From positions 32,804-81,790 of the forward strand of contig JBNGIO010005744.1 of NCBI GenBank assembly GCA_049999805.1: 48,987 nt of DNA, given 5' to 3'. Below are positions 38,791-48,987 of this stretch, in pieces. A model generated the notes under the pieces. That model ran no database searches and was not told where the DNA came from. It saw only the letters and a program-made list of their open reading frames with translations. Positions within the stretch are counted from its first letter, which is position 1; each line of letters opens with the position of its first letter. The DNA comes from Folioceros fuciformis (lineage: Eukaryota). The position numbers and the translations under genes are program-made.

Positions 38791-39325
38791 TCATTCAACT
38801 TCCTGGTCTGGTTGCAAGGCCTTTATCCTCACGACAATTTTCTTAGTAGCCGAGGCTGGATTTTTCTTATCCGCAGAGCCTGCAAAAGTCTCATAACAAT
38901 GACCGATAACGGCATCGCATTGTCCACAAAGAAGTTTAGTCCTCACTCTGTTGATGCCCCAGGACCCCTTGCCATCATAAAAAGGACCACATTTGACCTC
39001 TTCAACTTGCTTGAAGCGAGTTTCATCAATTGCCACAAATACAATGTTCTCCTTCTTACTGCTGCCCAAAAATTTTGATCCAACGTGCAGCGTCGTGCGT
39101 AGGGACGAGTTCAGCTTCAGAGGATATCCACAAGACCCGCAGCTGCGAAAATTGAAACAGTCAATGCAAGGGGCACAGACAAAGACCCAACGACGCTCAA
39201 ACTTTTAGCGGTGGATCCCTAAAACACACAAGAGGTCAACAAGAAGCAGGGACAAATCCAGCTGAGGTTCACAAACAGCTCCACGAGTAGGATAAACACC
39301 TGTAGAAGACTTCCCTGGTCGACAT
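38791..39325 (-). CDS. Small CxxC-CxxC protein, At4g08330-like (Yippee/Mis18-like by inference); exons 39325-39300 and 39142-38791 (125 aa)
   Basis: MSTREVFYS|CGSCGYPLKLNSS...IDETRF...RTKLLCGQCDAVIGHCY...RIKALQP. Confidence 0.82.
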
Positions 39326-39960
39326 GATAGGACGGACGTGCCCAAACTAGAGAACAAGATCCGGTGCTGGCAGCCACCTGCGTCACCCATACGAACCGAC
39401 ATAATTAAATCATACGTAGCAACTCGAAATAATCTGAGGCGTCCTGCGACCCTCAGATCATAGTACGCACCCCCTTCTACAGCAAATACAACCCCGCTAT
39501 TACCCCAAAGGATGCACCGAACGAGAAAAACGTCCACCCCACAAGGGGACAGTCTCCGTACGTAAGGACGAGAGAACCCTACACATTCGAAAGACTGTGA
39601 CGACCTCTGCGCCAAAGATCTACGTTTTACCTACTATCCTGAGATTCCGAGGTCATGACAGCTCATAGTAAAACCTAAGTCACTGGGAACGGCATTGGCC
39701 ATGACGCCTTTCAATCAGGTCAGATGAAATTTGCTGCGATCAATCACAGCTGAAGATCTCAGTGCTTCGTTGAGGAGGCAAATTCCAGTTACAACATGTC
39801 CATGTGCGTACTCAGCATAACCGAGGCCGTGTCTTCCACACGTTCGTTCGTGCAATCGTGCATTGCTAGCTTAACGATCCCACAGTCCTTCACCGGATCC
39901 AAATGCAGGCAAGAAAAACAGGACTCAGTAAACCGGTTGCACAGTGTCCTTCGCACGACG

Positions 39961-40098
39961 GTACAACACCGTCGATTGAACTTCCTGTCAAAGGGTTTTA
40001 CCTACAAAGGTTCACCAGCGACAATTGATGCCGTACTCTACCCCGGGCGGACGACACTAAGTCATTTCCATCATCAGACTCTGCTTAAAGCTCAGGAT
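39961..40098 (-). pseudogene. Diverged copy of the SNORA21/snR10-type H/ACA snoRNA (ACA box lost)
   Basis: Collinear with 46151-46292: CCTGAGCT..AAGCAGAG.CTGATGA..TCGTC..GGTAGAG..GCATCAATT..TGGTGAACCT..TGACAG..AGTTCAATC. H box AGAGTA; GTA in place of ACA. Confidence 0.7.
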
Positions 40099-40143
40099 AC
40101 TAAGATCCTGGTCACTGCAGATCAGGAAATCAATCCCCAAGGC

Positions 40144-40235
40144 AGACCTCCATACAGCTGCAACCAGCAGAGCCAAATGCAACCCTTGCTAAGCTCCGGA
40201 AAATGGCATTACACAGCACGTGGAATCATCGGTCT
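40144..40235 (-). pseudogene. Diverged copy of the SNORD2/snR39b-type C/D snoRNA
   Basis: Terminal stem AGACC/GGTCT, C-like ATGATTC, D-like ATGG. Guide GCCATTTTCCGGA has 4 changes versus ACCATCTTTCGGG. Confidence 0.6.
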
Positions 40236-40976
40236 TAAAGCCCTGCACACCTGACACCAACGACTCCATCCAGGCTGACAAGCGGTAAGAAGAACTCTGT
40301 ATGCGCCTACCTGTGTAATCGTAAAGGCTACAAGAACTTTGTTCCGCTTGGAACCTCAGTTCAGTCATCCACCTCAGCTGGTCAGTAGCTCCAATGCGCC
40401 TACTTGAACGACAAGAAGCGAGTGGACAGGCAGATATCTGCTTGCAAGCAAGCCACAGACAGAGCGGCAACACAGCAGCAGCGGACGCAGGACTTCATCC
40501 CTGGCGACAAAGGTATGGCGTGTGCTCTGCGGAGGACAGCTTACATGAAGAGCAAGAAATGCCTTATCTACCTGGCATGTTCTTCGCACACACAAACCAC
40601 ACGCGAGGAGGCAACCGCCTCGACATGGAGGGGGCCGGCGGTGCACCGTCGTGAAGACTTCTCGACAGTGCCGGGAAGGAATACCCTAGGCGTTCTAGCC
40701 AGTTATAGCATGTCGTGTCCAACCTAACGGGAACCTGTCCCCACATTTCCCCAATTTTCAATCGAAAGTCTAGTTGTTACAAATGGCCTTCACATCAGCC
40801 CCCAGCAATATACAAGATGTTTTCATTAAGGGAAGGAAAAAGAAGATAATTATGTACGTGTGCACATACAAGCCAAGGTAACGAAACCTGAGCAGTAGGT
40901 AGTTAGTTAGCCATTGTTCTTAACATCTCCCGTCCAGCAAAAGTAGCCACAAAGGCCCTGGAGGCAGAACAGAACA

Positions 40977-41591
40977 TCAGCCCCTACTCTTCAATTCAGC
41001 CAGCCTCCGGCTCAAGTCATCCTCAGAGACGGATGCAGTCTCCTTGGCCGGGACAGCATGTGAGGCAGCTTGAGGAAGACCAACGGAAACCTCCAGGCCA
41101 TAGTCATCTGCCACCTGTTGCATGAGCGAGTTCACCTCATCCTCTGGAGTAGAGAGGCTGGTGCTTCCAGCCATGGCCGTCTCCACGAACTCCGATTGCA
41201 CCTCCATGTTCACAAAAGTCTTCTCAAACTGGTCCATGGTCTGAGATATTTTTTGCATGTTCCCAACCGCCAGGGCACTGTCCAGTGCTTTCACAATCCC
41301 CGACATGCTCTTGCTGATGGTCTGCATCTTACTCTGCGTGCCTAACCGGGCCACGACAGCGTCCAACCTGGAGGAAAGCCGCAAGTAATTGAGCTGCTCG
41401 TTATGCTTCCTGATAGCGTTCTGAGCGTAGATTCGTGCGCCATCCATGTTGCCTTTCTCGATCGCCTTCTTCACCTTCAGCTTTTCCCCCTTCTCCTCCT
41501 TCTCGCATTTCTTAGCCTGCCTTACCAGACTCTTGGAGGTATACTTCAGTTGGAAAATCTGATCCAGCAGCTTCTCTTGGCTCCCCCCCAT
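40977..41591 (-). CDS. CHMP1: ESCRT-III protein CHMP1/VPS46 (Snf7 family, 204 aa)
   Basis: [41 protein letters not shown]-terminal [14 protein letters not shown]. Confidence 0.96.
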   Translation of the reverse strand: MGGSQEKLLDQIFQLKYTSKSLVRQAKKCEKEEKGEKLKVKKAIEKGNMDGARIYAQNAIRKHNEQLNYLRLSSRLDAVVARLGTQSKMQTISKSMSGIVKALDSALAVGNMQKISQTMDQFEKTFVNMEVQSEFVETAMAGSTSLSTPEDEVNSLMQQVADDYGLEVSVGLPQAASHAVPAKETASVSEDDLSRRLAELKSRG

Positions 41592-42392
41592 GCCTACCTA
41601 CACGGCCCCCGTGCCCTTCCTCCAGCTGCTAGCCACACCAACTCCAGCCAATTGCACCTCCTCAAGAACTAATTGGTCACTAGCCGACGTGCATCACCTG
41701 GCCTCCTAGCGCAGCGCTCACAGAGCAAGCGGAACAGACACACAGTCTGCCCTAATGCAGCTTCAAAAATACTATGCGTGTCGTGGTCGACCTAAACGGA
41801 AGCTTCCTCCACTGAAACGGACGCGTGGAGTTGGCACCAAGGATGTACTCTGGATGGTCGGGGCCTACTGCTTTCGAGTCCTCGGGCATATGTAGAGACC
41901 TACATCGAAATGCGGTGAGACCGAGTTCGAACTTTCCAAGATATCAAGCCCGGTACTTTAAAAGACAATACATTCAGAATCTCCTGAAAGCTTTTACTGA
42001 TAAAATATTTTAAAAACCAGATTCACATAATCTAAACTTATTTTACCTGAACCCTTTATCGCAAAGCGCCAGGAACGGGACTCTTGGATGCCAACGTGCT
42101 GGCGCGTCCTGTTTTAGGTCATTTTTATGATTTGTTTTTAATACTATTAATCCTACAAAAACTGAACCCCGTTACATTTCTATCAGACACGACGGTATTA
42201 GTCTCACTTCAGGTCTCCAGCCTCGGATGGCAACAGCGCATCCAGCCTTTCCCACAAGAGATTGCAGAGAATGATTTTGAGACGAGATTGTACAGTCGAT
42301 TCATTCCATTCATTTGATGTGCACTCAGCAGGACTTGGTATGCCTACACAGAGCCCACAATCTGCACTCCAGCTTCTTGACCACGTTGATAT

Positions 42393-45105
42393 CTACAGGG
42401 CAGCTAGGGACTGCATGACATCATTGTAGATGTCGTCGTAGTCCTCAATTCCACAACTGAATCTTACCAAGTTGTCTTTGATACCCAGCATGGCCCTCTC
42501 CGATGGGCTTTGATCCCTGCACCACAGCAGCAAAGAGAGAGTTTGAGTGACGGAAAGCAGAGCTTGAGTCAGGAAGAAGGATGTGGAGCAGGTGGCAGGC
42601 AGGCATACCAGTAAGAGCCGATTGCAGACTGCTCAACGAGAGACTCACATCCGCCGAAGGATGGAGCAATGTAAGGAATGCGAAGGCCGTCGATGAATTT
42701 CGAGGTAAATTCTAGGTCTCCATTCAGCTGCATCAGTGAAGTGAGGAGGAAGTGGGCAAGGCATGATAATGTGTGTTACCAGCCCCTGCGTTTCTTCAAT
42801 TGCAGGAAGTGTTTCAACCTTACCTCAAAACTTACGACCCCACCAAATCCAGACATCTGGCGTTTGGCGATGTGGTGCTCTGGATGACTTTCCAGGCCAG
42901 GATAATGTACACGGAGAACCTGAACAGTGAAGGAAGGAGGGAATCAGGGACAAGGTATGGAGACATGCTTATACTGAGGAGAGCACGGGAGGAGCAAAGA
43001 TGACACCTTGGCGTGGGCTTCCAAAGCGTGGGCGAGCTTCATGGCAGTTTGGTTTTGCTGCTTGACACGCAGATCTAGCGTTTTCATGCCTCGGATGGTG
43101 AGGTAGGAAACATGCTGGGTGGGATGTAGACCAAGGAAATTAGACTTATGAACATGCGTCAAAGACTTATAACAAAGAGGAAGAAAAACATTTGTGACAT
43201 ACAGGATCGACAACACCACCCAGCATGTTGTGCAAGTTTCGCACATTGTGCACAAGTTTCTTCGACCCGCTAATACTCCCAGCCAGCACCTGCAGATAGA
43301 TGTGAGATGATGCGGGCCTTGAGCTGAAATTGATGAATTAGTAACAAGTTCAAGCCTGCTCAAAAAGGACTCACCAGTCACTCATCAGGGTGAGAGAACT
43401 TACGTCGTGATGACCAGCTAAGTATTTGGTTGCAGAGTGCAGGACAAGGTCTGCTCCAAGGGCAAGAGCCTTCTGGTTCACAGCTGTTGCAAAAGTGCCA
43501 TCAATGCAGACTAATGCACCCTTGCTGTGGCAGATCTCCGAGATGAGAGGAATATCAATACACCGCATAAGAGGATTTGTTGGGGACTCCGAAAAGAACA
43601 GAGACACCTACGTCACGACGGAATACCTTCGTTAAGTGAAGACACATTGTGTACATGATAACCATGTAAGGACTTCAATGGCAAATCTACCAAACACACA
43701 TGGTATCCCTCCAACACAGTCTTCAGAGACTGAATATCAGCGGGGTCAATGACAGTGACCTGCAGCAGGAAGGTCAGGAGTGTAAGAAACGATATCAGCA
43801 AGACCCATCCGAAAAAGCAAGATTCAGAAACTTACAATGACATGCCTTAATCCCCATCTTGGGAAGAACTGTATGAATGAATTGTCGGGTTTTCATGTAG
43901 CAATCTGTGGTGGTGACAATATGTCCGCCCGCAGGAACAAGGGCCAACAGCATAGTTGTTGCAGCACACATACCAGATGATGACAGCAAGGTTGTCTCAG
44001 CCCCTTCAAGAGCACTGGACCCAACAAAAGGTGAAATTTCAACAGATCTGTACCTCCTCGTTGAATGCAGCAAGAAATCTGCAAGAAAAGTGTGAGTGGA
44101 CAAGGCAAGGGGGTGCCACACCTGATCTTCTCCTCGGCTGCATGAGTTGTGGGATTGCCATTTCGTCCGTATTCAAAGCTCGCGTAAGTCCCATTCTGTC
44201 CCCAGACAGAGGGAACAAATGACCACAAGGATCTGAGTATAACCTGCAAACCTGCAGGATAGCTGCACACCCAGTACTGTGCAAGCAAACAACAGACCTG
44301 GAAGGCAATCAGCTCGGCAGTGTTCCTGAATCTGTAAGTGGATGTCTGCACAATCGGTGTTGTGAGAGAATCGGACACATTAGGTCGTTCTTCTCGTTCA
44401 CCTTCAAATCACAAAGGCACGAAGAAAGCTGAGACAAATCTTTGGTAGATCAAATAGTCCCAAAAACTTCGAGCAATCCTAAACAAGCAAAGCAACCACA
44501 GTCACACACTCACATCACCATGGACAGCCATCTAACAACTCCATCTCCCTACTATGGTGAACACGTCTTACAGACTTCCTTGCCACCAGAGTCTGCAAGA
44601 AAAGTCACACAATTGCCTCTAGACCATGAATTGCCACCTGTAAAACGGACGGTTTACTCCACAGCCTGAACTCCTGAGCTGCACACTTACACGTACCGAC
44701 AAGGGACGCAAGAAAAAACAAGTTATGCCAAGACCCACAGGAGCATCCAGCAAGAACACAAGGACTGGAATGAACCCTTCACTCATCCCTACAGGCATCA
44801 GCACAACGTGCTTGTTGGGCGGTACAGATCTAAAAACTAAATCAAGATGAAGCAAATCATCAAGCCCAGCCCAGCCCAGCCAACGCATCCAACCTATTCC
44901 AAATCCCGACCGAGCCTAAGGAGAGGAAGGCACAGCCAAGAATTCCAGCACAGAAACGACCCACCAGACCCAGAGCAGACGACAGACCTCCATGAACAGC
45001 TATGGTGCCCAACTTGGGCCTGCTACTAGCATCAGGCCCCATGACTTTGGCCTCCGGCAAATCCAGTGCCGCCATCTTCGCCACACCAATGCTGCTCCCC
45101 ACCAT
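42393..45105 (-). CDS. Cystathionine gamma-synthase-like PLP enzyme, copy A (11 exons, ~420 aa, short N-terminus)
   Basis: [78 protein letters not shown]. Exon 1 is 45105-44988. Confidence 0.9.
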
Positions 45106-45483
45106 GCCTAGCTAGCTACACATTCGTGACCCTCCTTCAGCGGCTCTGGCCATCACAAGCTCGAACCAACTGCAAACCTTCAGCAAACCCCACAGCACAG
45201 CCCAGAACCGGCTGCCGGTCTACTAACCACATACATTGGTTTGCCGCCTGGTCAGATGGCACAGAGCTTGGGGAGCAGGAGCTAGTAGGAACAGCCAAGT
45301 GGCTAGCTGTGGGGCCCACTGACAATTCTGCACCGGGGCCGCAGCCATCTCGTCTGTCCGCGTCCATGTCCATACAGTCACGATATCCTTTGTGCATATA
45401 CAGTACATGGACATGTAGATTTGTGGGCCTCTCCATTACAAATTATAAAAGTAGAGATGGAAACCATCTAATGATCTACCCTA

Positions 45484-45589
45484 AATGAAAGGGGACCAAC
45501 AGTAATGAAATGGAACCAACCCAGTAATGAAAGGGGACCAACAGTAATGAAATGGAACCAACCCAGTAATGAAAGGGGACCAACCCAGT
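45484..45589. repeat. Minisatellite of alternating 20/22-bp units (5 units)
   Basis: AATGAAAGGGGACCAACAGT / AATGAAATGGAACCAACCCAGT starting at 45484, 45504, 45526, 45546 and 45568. Confidence 0.9.
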
Positions 45590-45631
45590 GAAGGCACTAA
45601 AACCAGCGGACTAGCTGTGCTCCCGTCTGCA

Positions 45632-45671
45632 TTTAGGGTTTAGGGTTTAGGGCTTAGCCTTCCTATAAATA
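45632..45671 (+). promoter_or_regulatory. (TTTAGGG)3 telo-box array plus TATA box; candidate promoter of the snoRNA transcript
   Basis: TTTAGGG x3 at 45632-45652 and CCTATAAATA at 45662-45671, upstream of two snoRNAs on the same strand. Confidence 0.65.
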
Positions 45672-46010
45672 GTTTCATCCCGCATCCTTGATTGATGTAG
45701 GTTTTGGTTTCGCTGCAGTCGCTCCCTCTTTTGCTGGCTGCCCTCTCTGCTCCTCTCGTGGGAGCGACTACCTGCACGCCATCATGCTCGCCGTGTAGTC
45801 GTGGAGTTGTGTTACTGCGTAGAGTGTCTGCAGGCGTCTGAGATTGAGGCAGCCGGATCTGTTGCCTGTAGCCCAGGAAGGTTACCACATCTTGGCATCG
45901 TCGCTTCTCTGCATGTGGTCCGATGCGTTTATGGTTGTGTGTGATGGTGCTGTGTCCAGCCGTATGGCTTCTTGTGTGATCCGGACTTGTAATGTCTCGC
46001 CGTCCCGTCG

Positions 46011-46099
46011 GGCCGATGATTAGAACTTGCATATCAAAATACCATCTTTCGGGACGTAGCAACCTTCTGGTTGTGCCGATGCTGAAGAATATGACGGCC
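46011..46099 (+). ncRNA. Box C/D snoRNA, SNORD2/snR39b-type (plant snoR39BY-like); predicted to methylate the LSU rRNA G in CCC-G-AAAGAUGGU
   Basis: Terminal stem GGCCG/CGGCC. C box ATGATTA with compensatory D box ATGA. 13-nt guide ACCATCTTTCGGG (46041-46053); the D'+5 rule points to the yeast Gm805 equivalent (recalled numbering). Confidence 0.8.
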
Positions 46100-46150
46100 T
46101 CTAACTGGAGTTCTGTCTTCCTGGTTCTGTGTGACAGTAGTGTGTCTTGT

Positions 46151-46292
46151 TTCCTGAGCTAAAAGCAGAGGCTGATGACTTACGATGAGTTGGTCTCTCG
46201 TCTGCTCGAGGTAGAGCTAGCATCAATTTTAGGTGGTGAACCTCTGGAGGTGAAAGCCTGTGACAGTGAGTTCAATCCATGATGCAACATGC
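46151..46292 (+). ncRNA. Box H/ACA snoRNA, SNORA21/snR10-type, two LSU rRNA pseudouridylation pockets
   Basis: Hairpin 1 pockets AAAAGC/CGTC fit GACG-U-U-GCUUUU. Hairpin 2 pockets GGTG/CAATCCA fit UGGAUUG-U-U-CACC. Both 3' pockets start 14 nt before the H-like box (AGAGCTA, 46213) or ACA (46287). Confidence 0.85.
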
Positions 46293-46668
46293 CGTAGTGT
46301 CTTTTGGTCAGTTTTGTGTTGTGCCTAGTCGGGGTTTAGTGTAAGCAGGATTTGCCAGGTTTATGTGTTAGCATCCGGTCCAAAGAACTGTAAAGACTCA
46401 AATTGCCAGTCTCTCATGAAAGATGTCTTCTAAATCGATATGTAAATGGAAATAATTCCTTCCCACAAGGACGAGAAGAGGGTGTATTGCGATGTATATC
46501 GATTTAACTTGATCATTGCAGTTAAGTTCCGTCAATACTTAGGACTTCAGATCCAAAGACTTGCAGTTTTGCAAATCCATTACACGGGATAACTCGTATA
46601 CTACACTCAGCAGCAGATGACACCATCCTACACAAACCCTGAATGCTGCTATCAACTAGCCAACCCGC

Positions 46669-48696
46669 CTACAGGGCAGCGAGAGACTGCATCACATCCT
46701 TGTAAATGTCGTCGTAATGCTCAATTCCACAGCTGAAACGTACCAAGTTGTCTTTTATTCCCAACTTGGCCCTGTCTGCCTCGGATTGATCCCTGCCACA
46801 TACCAACACCACTCTGTTCACAAATTTGGCCTAATGAACCAAGAGACCAAAGCAGACTTGAGGAGGAACGACATGCCTCTCACGCACTCTTACCAGTACG
46901 AGATTATTGTAGGCTGCTCTACGAGAGACTCACATCCTCCGAGGGAAGGAGCAATGTACGGAATTCGAAGGCCATCAATGAATCTTGAAGTATCTTTCAG
47001 GTCTCCCTTTAGCTGCATGAGTGAAGGAGAAGAGAAGGGCGTGGTCAGAGGCTTGACTGCTAGCATCACCTGTCCCTGAGGTTCTTCCACTGCCGGGTGC
47101 ACGAAAAATCTTACCTCAAAACTTACAACACCACCGAAGCCAGCCATCTGGTGCTTGGCGATGTGGTGCTCTGGATGACTTTCCAGGCCGGGATAATGTA
47201 CACGAAGGACCTGGAACGATGAAGAAACCCAAGATAAGCCATCAGGACATGCACACCTGGAGGGGTACCATCACTGGGGAAGGAAGGAGTAGAGATGATG
47301 AAACCTTGGGGTGGGTCTCCAAGGCATGGGCAAGCTTCATCGCAGTTTGATTCTGCTTCTCGACACGCACATGAAGTGTTTTCATACCTCTGAGAATAAG
47401 GTAGGCAGCATGCTGCACACGCAGGCCACCAGAGGAAGTCAGGCTCTGAAATTATTCAAGACGAAGAGCAGTGAGCCAAGAGGGGTGAAACATACAGGGT
47501 CAACGACACCGCCCAGCATGTTGTGCAAGTTTCGCACTTCCTTGACAAGTTTCTTCGACCCGCTGATACTCCCAGCCAGTACCTGCACATAGCACACATG
47601 AGCTCATGCAGGCACTGACCAGGGAATGATGAAAAGCTGCACATTAGGAACCATCACGACATACATCGTTGTGACCAGCCAAGTATTTGGTTGCGGAATG
47701 CAGAACAAGGTCTGCCCCAAGGGAAAGAGCCTTCTGATTGACTGGCGTTGCAAAGGTGGCATCAATGCAGACTAAAGCACCCTTGCTATGACAGAGCTCA
47801 GAAACAAGAGGGATGTCAATACACCGCAGGTACGGATTTGTTGGTGACTCTGAAAAGAATAGAGACACCTACATAGCAACAGAATACCTCCGTTAAGTGC
47901 AGTGAAATTTGTAGATGAAATCCACGTCAAGCCCTCCTATTCCAAATACACCAAACGCACCTGATCTCCCTCCAAGGCCGTCTTCAAGGAATTCAGGCCA
48001 ACCGGGGAATTCAGGCCAGCTGGGTCAAGAACAGTGACCTACAGCAGCAGGGGACAAATGTCAAAATTCCATCTCAAACAAGCACATCCAGAAAGGTGAC
48101 ACAAACACGAAAAAATTGGTACACAGAAAACGACGTGCCTTAATTCCCATCTTGGGAAGAAACGTCTGGATAAATTGCCGAGTTCTCCTGTAGCAATCTG
48201 TGGTGGTAACAATGCGCCCACCGACAGGAACAAGCGCCAGCAGCATGGTTGTTGCAGCGCACATACCAGATGCTAACAGCAACGTTGTCTCAGCCCCTTC
48301 GAGAGCACTGGACCCAACATAGAATACATATTTCGATACATCAAGAAACTCCCGATCCAATGCAGCAAAACAAGGAACTGAGATCGAGGTGGACATGGAA
48401 AAGAGGTGGCATACGTGATCTTCTCTTCAGCTGTATGAGTTGTGGGATTGCCGTATCGTCCATACTCAAAGCTCTGGTGCATTCCATCCTGTCTCCAAAA
48501 CAACATGAAAACAATCACCACAACCTCTCTAGTACAGCCCTGAAATGTGCAAAGGACCTGTATAATCACGACTGCGCAAGTAGACAACAAACCTGAAAAG
48601 CAATGAGCTCCTCAGTGTTTCTGAATGTGTAAGTGGACGTCTGTACAATCGGTGTTGTGAGAGAGTCCGACACTTTAGGTCGCCCTTCTCTTTCAC
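46669..48696 (-). CDS. CGS: Cystathionine gamma-synthase, copy B (5'-partial; exon 1 outside window)
   Basis: [82 protein letters not shown]. Same intron positions as copy A. Confidence 0.9.
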
Positions 48697-48987
48697 CTTC
48701 GAATCACAACAGAAAACGAGAGAGGAACTGCTGTCAGACAAAGCATCACGGCCACCCATCCGACGACCCGGTCTATGAACTATGATCGACCATTGTTTCA
48801 GACTTTCTCGCCGGAAGTCTCACAACAACACCGCTGAATCACCACTAAAGAATGGAAACCCACTCGTGACACTGAGAAATTCTACATGCCCACTCCACAT
48901 CCCAAATTCCCATTCCACACCCAAATCCTGCACCCAAAGAAAGTGGTGACACAGGAACAGGGGGGGGGAGGGGGGGGGGGCGCAGGA

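Noticed and set aside
45632-45652. Interstitial telomere or chromosome fusion scar
   Set aside because: Only three units directly before a TATA box; better read as telo-box promoter elements.
45770-45895. Third snoRNA in the cluster (weakly similar to 40310-40370 minus strand, ends in ACA)
   Set aside because: I could not assign an H box, correct spacing or an rRNA target by eye; needs snoGPS or cmsearch.
48960-48981. G-run as a functional G-quadruplex
   Set aside because: A homopolymer in a presumed intron at the window edge with no supporting context.

Overview
Gene-dense nuclear window from a compact land-plant genome (short ~80-150 bp introns; hornwort/bryophyte-like by inference). It has 13 protein-coding loci: PAT1-type GRAS (+), MAN1-like nuclear envelope protein (-), Peter Pan/Brix (+), two tandem RPS18 copies (-), intronless SCAI-like (+), P-class PPR (-), UBC37/UBE2T-like E2 (-), TT9/GFS9 (+), ABC1K3-like kinase (+), At4g08330-like CxxC protein (-), CHMP1 (-), and two tandem cystathionine gamma-synthase-like genes (-; the second is cut by the window end). 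Four things are invisible to the ORF track. (1) A decayed organelle-type group II intron RT/maturase lies between the RPS18 copies. (2) A snoRNA pair (SNORD2/snR39b-type C/D plus SNORA21/snR10-type H/ACA) follows (TTTAGGG)3 and a TATA box, and an inverted degenerate copy of the pair lies about 6 kb away. (3) One CGS paralog apparently lacks the transit peptide and keeps only a vestige of the MTO1 arrest peptide. (4) Start/stop-overlapping uORFs precede the GRAS start. Two AT-rich islands carry hAT-like remnants and minisatellites. All calls were made by eye; family assignments rest on recalled motifs, with no database search.
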